DNA of 64,000 nucleotides from positions 103,687 through 167,686 of the forward strand of contig JAYRYC010000005.1 in assembly GCA_041917215.1 (NCBI GenBank), written 5' to 3'. Shown one piece after another: positions 40,450-50,550 of this stretch. The notes below the pieces were generated by a model. The model saw only the letters and a list, made by a program, of their open reading frames with translations. It was not told where the DNA came from and did no database searches. The translations under genes and the position numbers were made by a program. Position 1 is the first letter of the stretch. Every line of letters begins with the position of its first letter. This stretch comes from Tagaea sp. (GTDB lineage: Bacteria; Pseudomonadota; Alphaproteobacteria; CACIAM-22H2).

Positions 40450-41072
40450 CGGATCATTCCGAAACGGCGCAGCGTGGCGAGCAGCGTTTCGCCCGCGACC
40501 GGCACGACGCGGATATCGGCGGGCGGCTCGAAAAGGCTCGCGTCGAAGCGTCCTGGCGTTACATCCTCGAAATTCCAATCGAGGCGGCCGGGCTGACCGC
40601 CGACCGTGCCGGTCCCTTCCAGGCGCCACAACACGCCGCGCCGGTCGACCAGCGCCGTCGCGTCGAGCGCGACATCCGAAGCGTCGCGCTGCACGCGCAA
40701 TTGCGACGCGGGCACGCCGTCGACCGACGTGCTGCGGATCGCCGATTCCCGGAAGCCGCGCCCGCGCAAAATCGCGGGCGGCAAGCCCAGCCCTGTCAAA
40801 TCGGTTTCGAACGCCATGCGCAACGCCGGCGCCATCAGCCACGCTTTGTCGCGGTCGAGCCTGGCGATCACCACATGCTCGATCCCGTCGGTCGCGTGAT
40901 AGCGGATCGCGTCGCGCGTGCGATGAATGCGCGCCGAACGTTTGGCGTCGCGCCCGAACCAGCCGATGGCGGTGTAGTCGATTTGCGGCGCGAAGATCGA
41001 CGGCCGCGCTTGGCCGTACGCGGGGGCCGCCAGCAAAGCCAGCCCCGCCAAAGCGCCGCGGCGCGAAATCAA
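40446..41072 (-). CDS. Secreted hypothetical protein (about 208 aa), TTG start 3 nt after the Sel1 gene stop
   Basis: The signal peptide is MISRRGALAGLALLAAPAYGQA if the TTG at 41072 is used. The longer track ORF upstream is Arg-rich junk that would run through the Sel1 gene. Its 3' end overlaps the convergent paralogue B stop by 4 nt. Confidence 0.5.
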   Translation of the reverse strand: MISRRGALAGLALLAAPAYGQARPSIFAPQIDYTAIGWFGRDAKRSARIHRTRDAIRYHATDGIEHVVIARLDRDKAWLMAPALRMAFETDLTGLGLPPAILRGRGFRESAIRSTSVDGVPASQLRVQRDASDVALDATALVDRRGVLWRLEGTGTVGGQPGRLDWNFEDVTPGRFDASLFEPPADIRVVPVAGETLLATLRRFGMIR

Positions 41073-41074
41073 GC

Positions 41075-41983
41075 TCAGGAGCCCCGCTCCGGATCGAGGC
41101 CGGCGGCGCGCCGATAAAGCTTCGCCGCCTCGGCCGGATCGCGCGCCACGCCGCGCCCGGTTTCGTACATGCCCGCGAGATTGTTCATGGCGCCGCGATC
41201 GCCCAAGCGCACCGCGCGGCGGAAGAAATCGACCGCGCGCCCATCGTCGCGCGCGACCAATCGTCCGTCGCGATACCAGCGGCCCATATTGTTGAGCGCG
41301 GAGGCGTTGTTGAGCGCCGCCGCGCGCTCGTACAGCGCGAAGGCCGCCGGATCGTTGCGATCGATGCCGCGCCCGGCGGCGAACAGCGAGGCGAGGTTGT
41401 TCATCGCGGCGGCGTTGTTCTGCGCGGCCGAGCGGCGATACCAATCGACGGCGGTCTTAGCGTCCTGCGGGCCGCCTTCGCCGATATCGTTCATCACGCC
41501 GTACATGAATTGCGCGCGCGGATCGCCAAGCTCCGCGCCGCGCAAACTCCATTCGCGCGCCGAGGCGAGATCGCGCGACACGCCGCGCCCGTTGTAATGC
41601 GCTTGCGCCAGAAAAAACGCGGCCGAGGGCAAGCGCGCGGACCAGGCGCGCTCGAACATCTTGACGGCCGAGGCTTCGTCCTTCGGCACGCCCGCGTCGC
41701 CGTTGGCGGCGAGCAAACCCATCTCGACATAGGCGACCGGCTCGCCCTTGCCCATCGCCTGGACCAGCAGCTTGCGCATCTCGGCCAGATCCTGCGCCAC
41801 GCCGTCGCCGCGCCGATGCATCATGGCGAGGCGCACCAGCGCCAAACCTTCGGGCGTCGAGCGCAGATTTTGTTCTTGGGCGGCGGTTTGCGGACGGGGG
41901 GCATCGCCGGAATTGGCGACGCAAGCCCCGAGGGCCAACGCCAGTCCGGCCGCGACGCCAAAGCGGAAAAGTTTCGAGCGCAT
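41075..41983 (-). CDS. Sel1-repeat (TPR-like) lipoprotein
   Basis: The lipobox is MRSKLFRFGVAAGLALALGACV. There are multiple Sel1 repeats (A-A--NNLA--Y--GRGV-RD---A---Y-RAA). Confidence 0.8.
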   Translation of the reverse strand: MRSKLFRFGVAAGLALALGACVANSGDAPRPQTAAQEQNLRSTPEGLALVRLAMMHRRGDGVAQDLAEMRKLLVQAMGKGEPVAYVEMGLLAANGDAGVPKDEASAVKMFERAWSARLPSAAFFLAQAHYNGRGVSRDLASAREWSLRGAELGDPRAQFMYGVMNDIGEGGPQDAKTAVDWYRRSAAQNNAAAMNNLASLFAAGRGIDRNDPAAFALYERAAALNNASALNNMGRWYRDGRLVARDDGRAVDFFRRAVRLGDRGAMNNLAGMYETGRGVARDPAEAAKLYRRAAGLDPERGS

Positions 41984-42089
41984 GGGAAGATGATGGGCGA
42001 GCCGCGCCCGCCCGGCAAGCCCCCTGGCGTAACCCGGATGGGGCCGCTATCGTCGCGCCCTTTTCCGCCTCCAGCGAAGGGAAATACCC

Positions 42090-42557
42090 ATGACCGGCAC
42101 GATCGACGCTCGCCTCAAACAACTCGGCATCGAATTGCCGCCCGGCTCCGCCCCGGCGGCGAATTACGTGCCCTTCGTCGTGACCGGCAAGCTCGTGTTC
42201 ATCGCCGGCCAGATTTCACAGAAGGACGGCAAGCCGGAGTTTTTGGGCAAGCTCGGCCGCGAGTTCGGCGTGGCGGAAGGCCAGCAGGCCGCGCGCCTAT
42301 GCGCGCTCAGCATCCTGTCGCATCTCAAGACGGCCGCCGGCGGCGATCTCGACAAGGTCGTGCGCTGCGTGCGCCTGGGCGGCTTCGTCAACGCGACACC
42401 CGAATTCACCGACCATCCCGCCGTGATCAACGGGGCGTCGGACATGATCGTCGAAATCTTCGGCGACAAGGGCAAACATGCGCGCGCCGCCGTGGGCACG
42501 TCGTCGCTGCCGCGCGGCGTGGCGGTCGAGATCGACGCGATCTTCGAACTCGCGTGA
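42090..42557 (+). CDS. RidA/YjgF/UK114-family protein, paralogue 1
   Basis: The 155-aa protein has the YjgF-like fold sequence and ends in the conserved R..VEIDAIFEL region. Confidence 0.75.
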   Translation: MTGTIDARLKQLGIELPPGSAPAANYVPFVVTGKLVFIAGQISQKDGKPEFLGKLGREFGVAEGQQAARLCALSILSHLKTAAGGDLDKVVRCVRLGGFVNATPEFTDHPAVINGASDMIVEIFGDKGKHARAAVGTSSLPRGVAVEIDAIFELA

Positions 42558-42994
42558 CTTTGGGCGAACGCGTCGCGAAGGCCGGGCTGGTTCTGCCGCC
42601 CGCCTTCGCGCCGGTCGCAAGCTATGCCGGTATCGTGCGGGCGGGCGCGCAACTCCATGTCTCCGGCATGGGCCCCACACAGGGCAAGGCGATCGTCGAA
42701 AGCGGCAAGATCGCGGACGGCCGCGATCTCGACAAGGCGCAGCGCGCCGCGCATCTGACCGCGCTGAACCTGCTGGCGCAGATCGACGCGAATATGCGCG
42801 TGATGCCGGTCAAAATTTTCGCGCTGGTGAACGCGGGCCCCGAATTCACGGCGCTGGACGAGGCGATCGAAACCGCCCGCAAGCTTTTCGCCGATCTGTT
42901 CGGCCATCCGGGGGCGTGGACGATCGTCGGCGCCCCCGCCCTGCCATTCGCCATCACGACCGAGATGGAAGCGATTTTCGCCCTGGAAGATTAG
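42554..42994 (+). CDS. RidA/YjgF-family protein, paralogue 2 (GTG start overlapping upstream stop)
   Basis: It is translated from the GTG at 42554 (GTGA overlap with the upstream stop): VTLGERVAKAGLVLPP...TEMEAIFALED. It is collinear with paralogue 1. The track hides it in the tail of a spurious 494-aa ORF. Confidence 0.65.
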   Translation: MTLGERVAKAGLVLPPAFAPVASYAGIVRAGAQLHVSGMGPTQGKAIVESGKIADGRDLDKAQRAAHLTALNLLAQIDANMRVMPVKIFALVNAGPEFTALDEAIETARKLFADLFGHPGAWTIVGAPALPFAITTEMEAIFALED

Positions 42995-43018
42995 GCGGCG
43001 GGGACTATTCTATTCGCC

Positions 43019-44170
43019 ATGCCCGATGGCGCGCTGACGCTGAAGATCGACGCGGTCGAAAGCCTGGCCGCGATCACCCCCGCGGAATGGGATGCGTGCG
43101 CCGGTGCGGATAATCCGTTTTTGAGCCACGCCTTCCTGTCGGCGCTGGAAGATTCGGGCAGCGTGGGCCCGCGCACCGGCTGGGCGGCGCATCACCTGGT
43201 CGCGCGCGACGACGCGGGCACGCTGGTCGGCGCCGTGCCGCTTTACGCCAAAAGTCACAGCCAGGGCGAATACGTCTTCGACCATAGCTGGGCGCAGGCC
43301 TATCAGAACGCCGGCGGGCGCTATTACCCGAAGCTGCAAGCCTGCGTGCCGTTCACGCCCGTTCCCGGCGCGCGATTGCTCGCAAGGCCCGGCGAAAGCC
43401 GCGACGCGGTGCGCGAAGGCCTCGCACAAACCCTGGCCGGTTTGCCGCGCTCCAGCGGCGTGTCCTCGCTGCACGTCACGTTCTGCGACCAAAGCGACGC
43501 CGAGCTGCTCGCCGAAAACGGCTTCGCGTTGCGCCGGGGCGTGCAGTTCCATTGGGAAAATCGCGGCTATGGCAGCTTCGACGATTTTCTGGGCGCGCTG
43601 TCGCATTCGCGGCGCAAGGCGATCAAGCGCGAGCGGCGCGACATTGCCGCGACCGGGATCGAGTTCGTAGGCCTGACCGGCGGCGATTTGCTGCGCGAGC
43701 ATTGGAGCGCGTTCTTCGCGTTCTACATCTCGACCTCCGACCGCAAATGGGGCAATCCCTATCTCACGCGCCGCTTTTTCGATCTGCTGCATGATCGCCT
43801 GGCGGACAAAGTGCTGCTGATCCTGGGCCGCAAGGACGGCGAATGGGTGTGCGGCGCGCTGAACCTGATCGGTAGCGACACGTTGTACGGCCGCAATTGG
43901 GGCGCTTCGGTCGATCTGCCGTTCCTGCATTTCGAAGCGTGCTACTACCAAGCGCTCGACTTCGCGATCGCGCGGGGATTGAAACGCGTCGAAGCGGGGG
44001 CCCAAGGCGAGCACAAGCTGCAACGCGGCTATTTACCCGTGTCGACATGGAGCGCGCATGCGCTGCGCGATCCGGGTTTCGAGAAAGCCGTGCGCGATTT
44101 CTGCCGCGCCGAGGACGACGCGATGCGCGCCCATATCGACGAGCTCGCTGCCGAAGGGCCCTATAAATGA
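43019..44170 (+). CDS. GNAT-fold acyltransferase of the FemAB-like / BioF2-like (DUF482) family
   Basis: The 383-aa protein starts ...NPFLSHAFLSALEDSGSVGPRTGW... and its C-terminal half is GNAT-like. It is typical of the peptidoglycan-interpeptide-bridge-like acyltransferase family of unknown function. Confidence 0.6.
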   Translation: MPDGALTLKIDAVESLAAITPAEWDACAGADNPFLSHAFLSALEDSGSVGPRTGWAAHHLVARDDAGTLVGAVPLYAKSHSQGEYVFDHSWAQAYQNAGGRYYPKLQACVPFTPVPGARLLARPGESRDAVREGLAQTLAGLPRSSGVSSLHVTFCDQSDAELLAENGFALRRGVQFHWENRGYGSFDDFLGALSHSRRKAIKRERRDIAATGIEFVGLTGGDLLREHWSAFFAFYISTSDRKWGNPYLTRRFFDLLHDRLADKVLLILGRKDGEWVCGALNLIGSDTLYGRNWGASVDLPFLHFEACYYQALDFAIARGLKRVEAGAQGEHKLQRGYLPVSTWSAHALRDPGFEKAVRDFCRAEDDAMRAHIDELAAEGPYK

Positions 44171-45303
44171 GCCTGCCCGCGATCCGAGATTTCGCGCGCG
44201 AAGGCTACGATCCCGCGCGTTATCAAGCGCTGGGGCCCGATTGGTTCCTCGCCGTCGCGGATGTGGAGGCGAGCACGAAGCTCGCCGGGGCGGGCCGCGA
44301 CCGCGACGTGAATTTCGTCGCCGGGGCGGCCGTTGCCGTGCTGTCCACCGTCGCGACGAAGCCACCCGACATGACCGCCTGCCAATTCGGCGGCGACGGC
44401 GCCATCGCCGCCGTGTCGCCGGGCTGCGAAGCCGCGACGCGCGCCGCGTTGGCGGCGCTGGCGCATTGGGCGGCGGCGGAGATCGACATTCCCTTGCGCG
44501 TCGGCCTCGTGCCCGTGAAGGCGTTGATCGACGCGGGCCACGATGCGCGCGCGGCGTTGCAGGATTTCGGCGGCGGCAATGTGTTCGGCCAATTCCTCGG
44601 CTCGGGCATCGCGGCGGCCGACGCTTGGGTCAAAGCCGACGGCAAATGGCGCATCGATCCCGCCCCCGGTGAATTGCCGGGGATCGAGGGCTTGTCGTGC
44701 CGCTGGCAGCCGGTCCCTTCACGGCGCGGCCATGTGCTGTGCGTGATCGTCGATCCCGCCCCCGGTGCGGCGGGCGAAGCGGCCCTGGCGCGCTTGCTGG
44801 CCGATTTCGAGCGCATCGTGCCCGGCGCGACCGCGGCCCCGCTGGGCAATGGCGATACGCTCGAACCCAAAGGGATCCCCGCCTGGCGCGCCTTGCGCAA
44901 CGAGATGCGCGCGCAGAAACCGGGTGCACGGCTCAAGCGCCTGGCGGCGGCGATCGGCGGGATGATGATCCTGAAGACCGTCCACGCACTGGGCGGCAAA
45001 TGGGGCCGCATCGACACGAAGAATTATACGCGCGGCCTTGCCGAACGTTCCGACCACCGCAAGCTCGCCGGCGGCCCGCGCTTCGTGCTGGATGTGACCG
45101 ACGCGGAAGAAGCGGCGATCCAGGCCGCCCTGGCGCGCGAGGAGAACGCGGGCGCCATCGCGTTCGGCACGGCGCGCGCCGACAGCACGACGATCACCTG
45201 CCTGGTCGGCGATTTCATGGCCGACCGGCATGTCCATTTCGTCGATGGCGACGGGTTGGGTTTCTGGCGGGCGGCCAGCGCACTTAAAGCCAAACGCACT
45301 TAG
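44167..45303 (+). CDS. Nucleotidyl-cyclase-fold protein (class III cyclase-like, possibly DUF3095)
   Basis: The N-terminal domain FLAVADVEASTKL...FGGDGAIAAV...LRVGLVPVKALIDAG has the same arrangement as class III cyclase motifs (F-DI-GFT ... IGDA-MAVF ... LR-GIH-G-V). Its ATG overlaps the GNAT gene stop (ATGA). Confidence 0.5.
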   Translation: MSLPAIRDFAREGYDPARYQALGPDWFLAVADVEASTKLAGAGRDRDVNFVAGAAVAVLSTVATKPPDMTACQFGGDGAIAAVSPGCEAATRAALAALAHWAAAEIDIPLRVGLVPVKALIDAGHDARAALQDFGGGNVFGQFLGSGIAAADAWVKADGKWRIDPAPGELPGIEGLSCRWQPVPSRRGHVLCVIVDPAPGAAGEAALARLLADFERIVPGATAAPLGNGDTLEPKGIPAWRALRNEMRAQKPGARLKRLAAAIGGMMILKTVHALGGKWGRIDTKNYTRGLAERSDHRKLAGGPRFVLDVTDAEEAAIQAALAREENAGAIAFGTARADSTTITCLVGDFMADRHVHFVDGDGLGFWRAASALKAKRT

Positions 45304-45327
45304 AGTTTATTGGGACCGATCTTGGTC

Positions 45328-45419
45328 CGGCCTCACCCTTCGACATGGGCGTCTATTGGCGGCCACAGGGTGAGGCCGAAAATAGACCTCATGGTGAGCC
45401 TGTCGAACCATGAGGTCAG
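45328..45419. repeat. Copy 2 of the double-hairpin intergenic repeat
   Basis: Hairpin A is GGCCTCACCC...GGGTGAGGCC with a longer loop insert. Hairpin B, CCTCATGG-tgagcctgtcgaa-CCATGAGG, is identical to copy 1. It lies between the convergent cyclase-like gene and the cNMP-binding gene. Confidence 0.7.
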
Positions 45420-45457
45420 ACGAGCACGCCCTCAAAGCCAAACGCGCGGCGTGACGC

Positions 45458-45910
45458 TTACGCCGGCGGCGCTTTGGGGTCGACGTCGTTTTTGATCTCG
45501 ACGCCCATTTCCTTGAGCTTGGCGCGCAGCACTTCGTTCTGCGTTTGCGAGATCAAGGCATTGCGCGTCATCACGCGCAGATTTTCGACGAACATGCGCA
45601 GCAAGGCGCGCACGAACGGGTCGGCTTGGCGCATCTTCTCGGTGAATTGATCGGCCGAAACCAGAATGACGGTCACGTTGGTCGAAGCGATGGCGTCCGC
45701 CATGCGCTTCTTGCCGTCGATCAGCGCCATCTCGCCGAAAATCTCGCCGGCGGCGAGCTGGGCGATGCGCTTGGTCTGGCCGCCCACGTTGCGCACGATA
45801 TCGACCGTGCCGCTTTCGATCACGTAAGCCGCGTCGCCCGCGTCGCCGGTGCGGAAGATCGTCCGCCCATTGGCGAAATGCTTGCGGGGAAGAATCGTTT
45901 GCTGCGACAT
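45458..45910 (-). CDS. Stand-alone cyclic-nucleotide-binding domain protein
   Basis: The protein has the cNMP-binding beta-roll motif region (IFRTGDAGDAAYVIESGTVDIV...GEIFGEMALI...R-A). It is 150 aa with no DNA-binding domain. Confidence 0.7.
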   Translation of the reverse strand: MSQQTILPRKHFANGRTIFRTGDAGDAAYVIESGTVDIVRNVGGQTKRIAQLAAGEIFGEMALIDGKKRMADAIASTNVTVILVSADQFTEKMRQADPFVRALLRMFVENLRVMTRNALISQTQNEVLRAKLKEMGVEIKNDVDPKAPPA

Positions 45911-45981
45911 CCGTCGAGTATCGCGCGATTCCCCCGGCCCCCAAAGCGAAACGGGCGGGGTTTCCCCCGCCCGTCCGGTCC

Positions 45982-48348
45982 TTACTCCACCATCGCGGGG
46001 AGCTTGGGAACGTCCTTTTCGGGATTGGCCGGCGGCGGGTAGTCGAAAGCGAGCTTGCCGTTTTCGACCTTCACGCGGACCTTGCCGCCCTTCGCCAAGC
46101 GGCCGAACAGCAATTCGTCCGCCAGCGGCTTCTTGATGTTCTCCTGGATCACGCGGCCGAGCGGACGCGCGCCATAGAGCTCGTCATAGCCCTTCTCGGC
46201 GAGCCAGGTGCGCGCCTCGTCCGACACCGACAGCACGACCTGACGGTCGGTCAGCTGGCGCTCCAGCTCGCCGACGAATTTGTCGACGACCTTGTTGATC
46301 ACTTCCGGCGACAGCCGCGCGAACGCGACGGTCGCGTCCAGACGGTTGCGGAATTCCGGCGTGAACATCCGCTTGATCGCTTCTTCGTCCTCGCCCACGC
46401 GCATTTCGTTGCCGAAACCGATCGCGGGCTTGGCCTGTTCGGCCGCCCCGGCGTTCGTGGTCATGATCAGGATCACGTTGCGGAAATCGACGTTCTTGCC
46501 GTTATGGTCCGTCAACTTCCCGTGATCCATGACCTGGAGCAGGATGTTGTAGAGATCGGGATGCGCCTTCTCGATTTCGTCGAGCAGCAGCACGCAATGC
46601 GGATGCTGGTCGATCGCGTCGGTCAGCAGACCGCCCTGATCGAAGCCGACATAGCCCGGCGGGGCGCCGATCAAGCGCGAGACCGTGTGGCGCTCCATGT
46701 ATTCGGACATGTCGAAGCGCTTCAATTCCACGCCCAGCGACAAGGCCAATTGGCGCGCCACTTCCGTCTTGCCGACACCCGTGGGGCCGGAGAACAGATA
46801 CGAGCCGATCGGCTTTTCGGGTTCACGCAAACCCGCACGCGCCAGCTTGATCGCCGCGCACAAGGCTTCGATCGCCTTGTCCTGGCCGAACACGACGCCC
46901 TTCAGCTGCTTGTCGAGATTCTGCAGCACTTCCTTGTCGTCGGTCGAAACCGATTTGGGAGGAATGCGCGCGATCTTGGCGACGGCCGCTTCGACGTCCT
47001 TGACGTTGATCGTCTTCTTGCGGCGTGCGGCCGGCAGCAGCATTTGCGCCGCCCCCACTTCGTCGATCACGTCGATCGCCTTGTCGGGCAGCTTGCGGTC
47101 GTTGACGTAGCGCGCCGACAATTCGACCGCCGCGCGCACCGCGTCCTTGGTGTAGCGGACCTTATGATGCTCCTCGTAGTAAGGCTTGATGCCTTCGAGG
47201 ATCTTGATCGCGTCCTCGACCGACGGCTCGTTGACGTCGATCTTCTGGAAGCGGCGGACCAGCGCGCGGTCCTTCTCGAAATAGGTCCGGTATTCCTTGT
47301 AGGTCGTCGAGCCGATGCAGCGCAGGCCGCCCGAGGCGAGGGCGGGCTTCAGCAGGTTCGATGCGTCCATCGAGCCGCCCGAAGTGGCGCCGGCACCGAT
47401 CACGGTGTGGATTTCGTCGATGAACAGGATCGCGTTTTCCTGCGCTTCGAGTTCCGACAGAACGGCCTTCAACCGTTCCTCGAAATCGCCGCGATAACGC
47501 GTGCCCGCCAGCAACGTGCCCATATCGATCGCGTAGATCACCGCGTTCTGGAGCACTTCGGGCACTTCGCCCTTCACGACCTTGCGCGCGAGGCCTTCGG
47601 CGATCGCCGTTTTGCCCACGCCCGGATCGCCCACGTAAAGCGGGTTGTTCTTGTAGCGCCGGCACAGGATCTGGATCGTGCGCTCGACCTCGGCCTCGCG
47701 GCCGATCAGCGGATCGATCTTGCCCTGCGCGGCCTTCTTGTTGAGGTTGACGCAGTAAGCTTGGAGCGCGCCTTCCTTCGGCTTCGCCCCTTGCTTGCCT
47801 TCGCCGCCGCCGGATTGACGCTCCGGCCCGCGATCGGCGGGGCCGCGCTCGCCCGATTGGCCGGTCGCCTGTTCCTCGTCGGCGCCGCGCACGCGACGCG
47901 GCTCGGACTTGCCCGGCACCTTCGCGACGCCATGGCTGATGTAGTTGACCGCGTCGAGGCGCGACATGTCCTGCTCTTGCAGGAAATAGACGGCATGGCT
48001 CTCGCGCTCGGAGAACATCGCGACCAGCACGTTCGCACCGGTCACTTCCTCGCGGCCCGACGATTGAACATGGATCGCGGCGCGTTGCAGCACGCGCTGG
48101 AAGCCGGCGGTCGGCTTCGCTTCGCCGCCGCGGCTGGTGACCAGCCCCGCGAGCTCGTTGTCGAGATATTGGGTCAGGTCCCGGCGCAGCTTGTCGAGAT
48201 CGACGCCGCATGCGCGCAAGACCGCGATCGCGTCCTGATCTTCGGTCAGGGCCAGCAGAAGATGTTCGAGAGTCGCATACTCGTGACGCCGCTCGTTGGC
48301 GAGGGCGAGCGCGCGGTGCAGGCTCTGTTCGAGATTGCGCGACAGCAT
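45982..48348 (-). CDS. clpA: ATP-dependent Clp protease ATP-binding subunit ClpA
   Basis: The ATG at 48348 gives [34 protein letters not shown] (ClpA N-domain). It has two AAA+ modules (GDPGVGKT and GPTGVGKT) and lies downstream of clpS. Confidence 0.9.
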   Translation of the reverse strand: MLSRNLEQSLHRALALANERRHEYATLEHLLLALTEDQDAIAVLRACGVDLDKLRRDLTQYLDNELAGLVTSRGGEAKPTAGFQRVLQRAAIHVQSSGREEVTGANVLVAMFSERESHAVYFLQEQDMSRLDAVNYISHGVAKVPGKSEPRRVRGADEEQATGQSGERGPADRGPERQSGGGEGKQGAKPKEGALQAYCVNLNKKAAQGKIDPLIGREAEVERTIQILCRRYKNNPLYVGDPGVGKTAIAEGLARKVVKGEVPEVLQNAVIYAIDMGTLLAGTRYRGDFEERLKAVLSELEAQENAILFIDEIHTVIGAGATSGGSMDASNLLKPALASGGLRCIGSTTYKEYRTYFEKDRALVRRFQKIDVNEPSVEDAIKILEGIKPYYEEHHKVRYTKDAVRAAVELSARYVNDRKLPDKAIDVIDEVGAAQMLLPAARRKKTINVKDVEAAVAKIARIPPKSVSTDDKEVLQNLDKQLKGVVFGQDKAIEALCAAIKLARAGLREPEKPIGSYLFSGPTGVGKTEVARQLALSLGVELKRFDMSEYMERHTVSRLIGAPPGYVGFDQGGLLTDAIDQHPHCVLLLDEIEKAHPDLYNILLQVMDHGKLTDHNGKNVDFRNVILIMTTNAGAAEQAKPAIGFGNEMRVGEDEEAIKRMFTPEFRNRLDATVAFARLSPEVINKVVDKFVGELERQLTDRQVVLSVSDEARTWLAEKGYDELYGARPLGRVIQENIKKPLADELLFGRLAKGGKVRVKVENGKLAFDYPPPANPEKDVPKLPAMVE

Positions 48349-48531
48349 CGAGAGGTCCGCTCCCTTTCCGTCACGCCCCGTCGCGCAATTGCGGCGGAGC
48401 GGCCCACAAACCGGGCTTTGCAAGCCTCGCGCCGGGACGCCCGGCGCGAGTCCTAAGACTATAAATGTAAGTGCGCTGCGGTGACTTTGCCAGTGATGGG
48501 CGGCGAAGAGCCGCGAATGCCGGAAAACTTA

Positions 48532-48867
48532 TCACTCTTTTTCGAGTGTGCAGCGCAGCGGATGCTGATTCCGCCGGGCGAACTCGGTCACTTGATTGAC
48601 CTTCGTCTCGGCGACTTCATAGGTGAACACGCCGCACACGCCCACGCCGCGGCGGTGGACATGCATCATGATCGTCGTCGCTTCCTGGCGGGATTTGCCG
48701 AAAAACCGCTCCAAGACGTGCACGACGAATTCCATCGGCGTGTAATCGTCGTTGAGCATCAGCACCTTGTACATCGCCGGCTTCTTGGTGCGGGTGCGCG
48801 TTTGCAGCGCAATGCCCGAACCGTCGTCGCCGCCGCCGGTGCGATCGGTATCTTTGTCCTCGCTCAT
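48532..48867 (-). CDS. clpS: Clp protease adaptor ClpS
   Basis: The core reads [62 protein letters not shown]. Confidence 0.9.
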   Translation of the reverse strand: MSEDKDTDRTGGGDDGSGIALQTRTRTKKPAMYKVLMLNDDYTPMEFVVHVLERFFGKSRQEATTIMMHVHRRGVGVCGVFTYEVAETKVNQVTEFARRNQHPLRCTLEKE

Positions 48868-48943
48868 GCCGAAATCCGAAACCCTCTTTCAGCCCGATGA
48901 TATGGCATCCGGGCGGGGCGAATAAAGGGGCTGGTGCCGCCAA

Positions 48944-48985
48944 AAGAAAAACCCGGCCGCCCTTGCGGGCGACCGGGTCTTTGCC
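48944..48985 (-). terminator. Rho-independent terminator downstream of the phasin gene
   Basis: On the minus strand the stem is CCCGGTCGCC-cgcaag-GGCGGCCGGG, followed by TTTTTCTTTT. Confidence 0.55.
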
Positions 48986-49008
48986 GGCTTGAAGCGTCGA
49001 AGGGGCTT

Positions 49009-49461
49009 TTAGGCCGCCAGCGCGGGCTTCAGCATCTTTTCGACCGCGACGTTGACGCGGGCGTTGATCGGCTCGAGCGCCTCGTTCGTCACCTTGATCG
49101 AGGCTTCCGAGACCTTCGTGCCTTCGGCGACGAACTTGTCGAACGTCGTCTTGGCGAAATCGGTCTGCAGGTCGACCGCTTCCTTCAGCGTCTTGGCGCC
49201 GAGCATCGCCTTGGCGACGTTGGCCGAAGCCTCGAACGTCTCCTGGGCGAACGCGGCCCACGACTTCGACACCGATTCCACGCCCTTGGCGTAGGTGGTC
49301 GAGGCCACGACGAACGCGTCGAGGTTTTCCTTGTTGAACTTGGCGGCGTCTTCATACGCCTTCATCGTCTGGGCCGAGGCCTTTTCGACCTGGGCCTTGG
49401 CGTCGCCGAAATACTTGTCGAACGACTTGATGTCGAAGAGCGCTTTGAACTGGTCGGTCAT
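49009..49461 (-). CDS. Phasin (PHA-granule protein; Mms16/ApdA-like alphaproteobacterial phasin)
   Basis: The 150-aa core MTDQFKALFDIKSFDKYFGDAKAQVEKASAQ... has strong GC3 bias and AGGAA 9 nt upstream. An in-frame upstream ATG at 49662 would add a Lys/Ala/Pro-rich 67-aa extension, but the codon usage there is atypical. Confidence 0.7.
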   Translation of the reverse strand: MTDQFKALFDIKSFDKYFGDAKAQVEKASAQTMKAYEDAAKFNKENLDAFVVASTTYAKGVESVSKSWAAFAQETFEASANVAKAMLGAKTLKEAVDLQTDFAKTTFDKFVAEGTKVSEASIKVTNEALEPINARVNVAVEKMLKPALAA

Positions 49462-49863
49462 GGCGAATGTTCCTTTGACGAACTGTTCCCCGATGGCCGG
49501 GGCTGGGACGGGTTTGGCCGCAGGCGCCGCCGGAGCGGCCGCGACTTGGACGGGAGGAAGGCTGGGCTTCGCGGCCGGGACGGGCTTGGCAGCGGCCGCA
49601 ACGGCTTGGGCCGACGCCTTCGGCGCGGCTTTGCTCGGTTGCTTTGACTTGCCTTTGCCCATCTTGGTCGCCTTCGCTTCGTCGTCCTCGAGTGGGGTTG
49701 TGCCGCTTTGTGCAGCGCAACATGACGTGAATATAGCCACTCGCGCGCGAGGGTCAAGGGAGTTTTGTGCGGCGCAGCAAAAATCCCTCGCACCGCAACA
49801 TAAACCCTTGCGGCGTCGAGGGATTTTTTTAGGACCGAATACGCCTCAGCGGTATTCCGCTGA

Positions 49864-50550
49864 TCAGAACGGCGTCAGGATGTTCCCGAGCTCGCCCTTG
49901 CGCACGATCATTTCGAAATTCCGGTCGGGCCCCAGATCGCCGGTGCGCCGGCTGATATAGGCGCCATAGGTGTTGGCGAAGGGTTTGGCGGGCGGAATGC
50001 TGGTCGTGTCGTGGCTGTAGAGGAGCTGCGGGAAACGCAAGGCGGCGAAGCCCGGCGTCTGGTTGACCCAGGCGTTGAAATGGAATTTGCCGCCCGCGCA
50101 GGCGCTGACCGCCCAATAGAAATCGTAGGATTGCAGCCGCAGGCCTTCCTGCGCCGGGGCGCCGAAACCGTCGGCCTCGACCTGGCGGATCAAGGCGAGA
50201 TAGTCGGCGCGGTTCAGTTCGGCCTCGGCCTGGCGTTTGATGCCTTCGGGCCGGATCGGCCAGGACAGCGGGAACTCGAAGACCCGGATTTCCGAGTTGC
50301 CGACATTGACGTTCAATTTTCCGCCATCGCCGGTCTGAACCAGGTCGTAGCTGCGGACTTGTTCGTCGAATACGGCGTTATAGACGAAGCGATAGCGCGC
50401 GGGCGCATCGGCCGTGCAGGCGGCTTTGATGTCGTTTCCGGCGAGGTAGGTGAAGTAGGACAGCCCGCCGACGACGGGGGTGTGAACCCGCGACGTGTCG
50501 GCGCAAGCGGCCAACGCCAAGGCAATCCCCAACAGCGCGACGCGTTTCAT
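49864..50550 (-). CDS. Lipoprotein of unknown function
   Basis: The inner ATG at 50550 has a GAGGAG Shine-Dalgarno. The lipobox is MKRVALLGIALALAACAD. Confidence 0.6.
   Translation of the reverse strand: MKRVALLGIALALAACADTSRVHTPVVGGLSYFTYLAGNDIKAACTADAPARYRFVYNAVFDEQVRSYDLVQTGDGGKLNVNVGNSEIRVFEFPLSWPIRPEGIKRQAEAELNRADYLALIRQVEADGFGAPAQEGLRLQSYDFYWAVSACAGGKFHFNAWVNQTPGFAALRFPQLLYSHDTTSIPPAKPFANTYGAYISRRTGDLGPDRNFEMIVRKGELGNILTPF

Noticed and set aside
45310-45495. 61-aa ORF MGPILVRPHPSTWASIGGHRVRPKIDLMVSLSNHEVRRARPQ...
   Set aside because: It is simply a translation through the double-hairpin repeat element. The same 'HGEPVEP' peptide appears at the other copy. It is not a protein gene.
49462-49662. 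Lys/Ala/Pro-rich N-terminal extension of the phasin as a definite part of the CDS
   Set aside because: It is kept only as a possibility. The codon usage (many AAA, CAA and NNT codons) differs from the strongly GC3-biased phasin core, and a good Shine-Dalgarno precedes the inner ATG.
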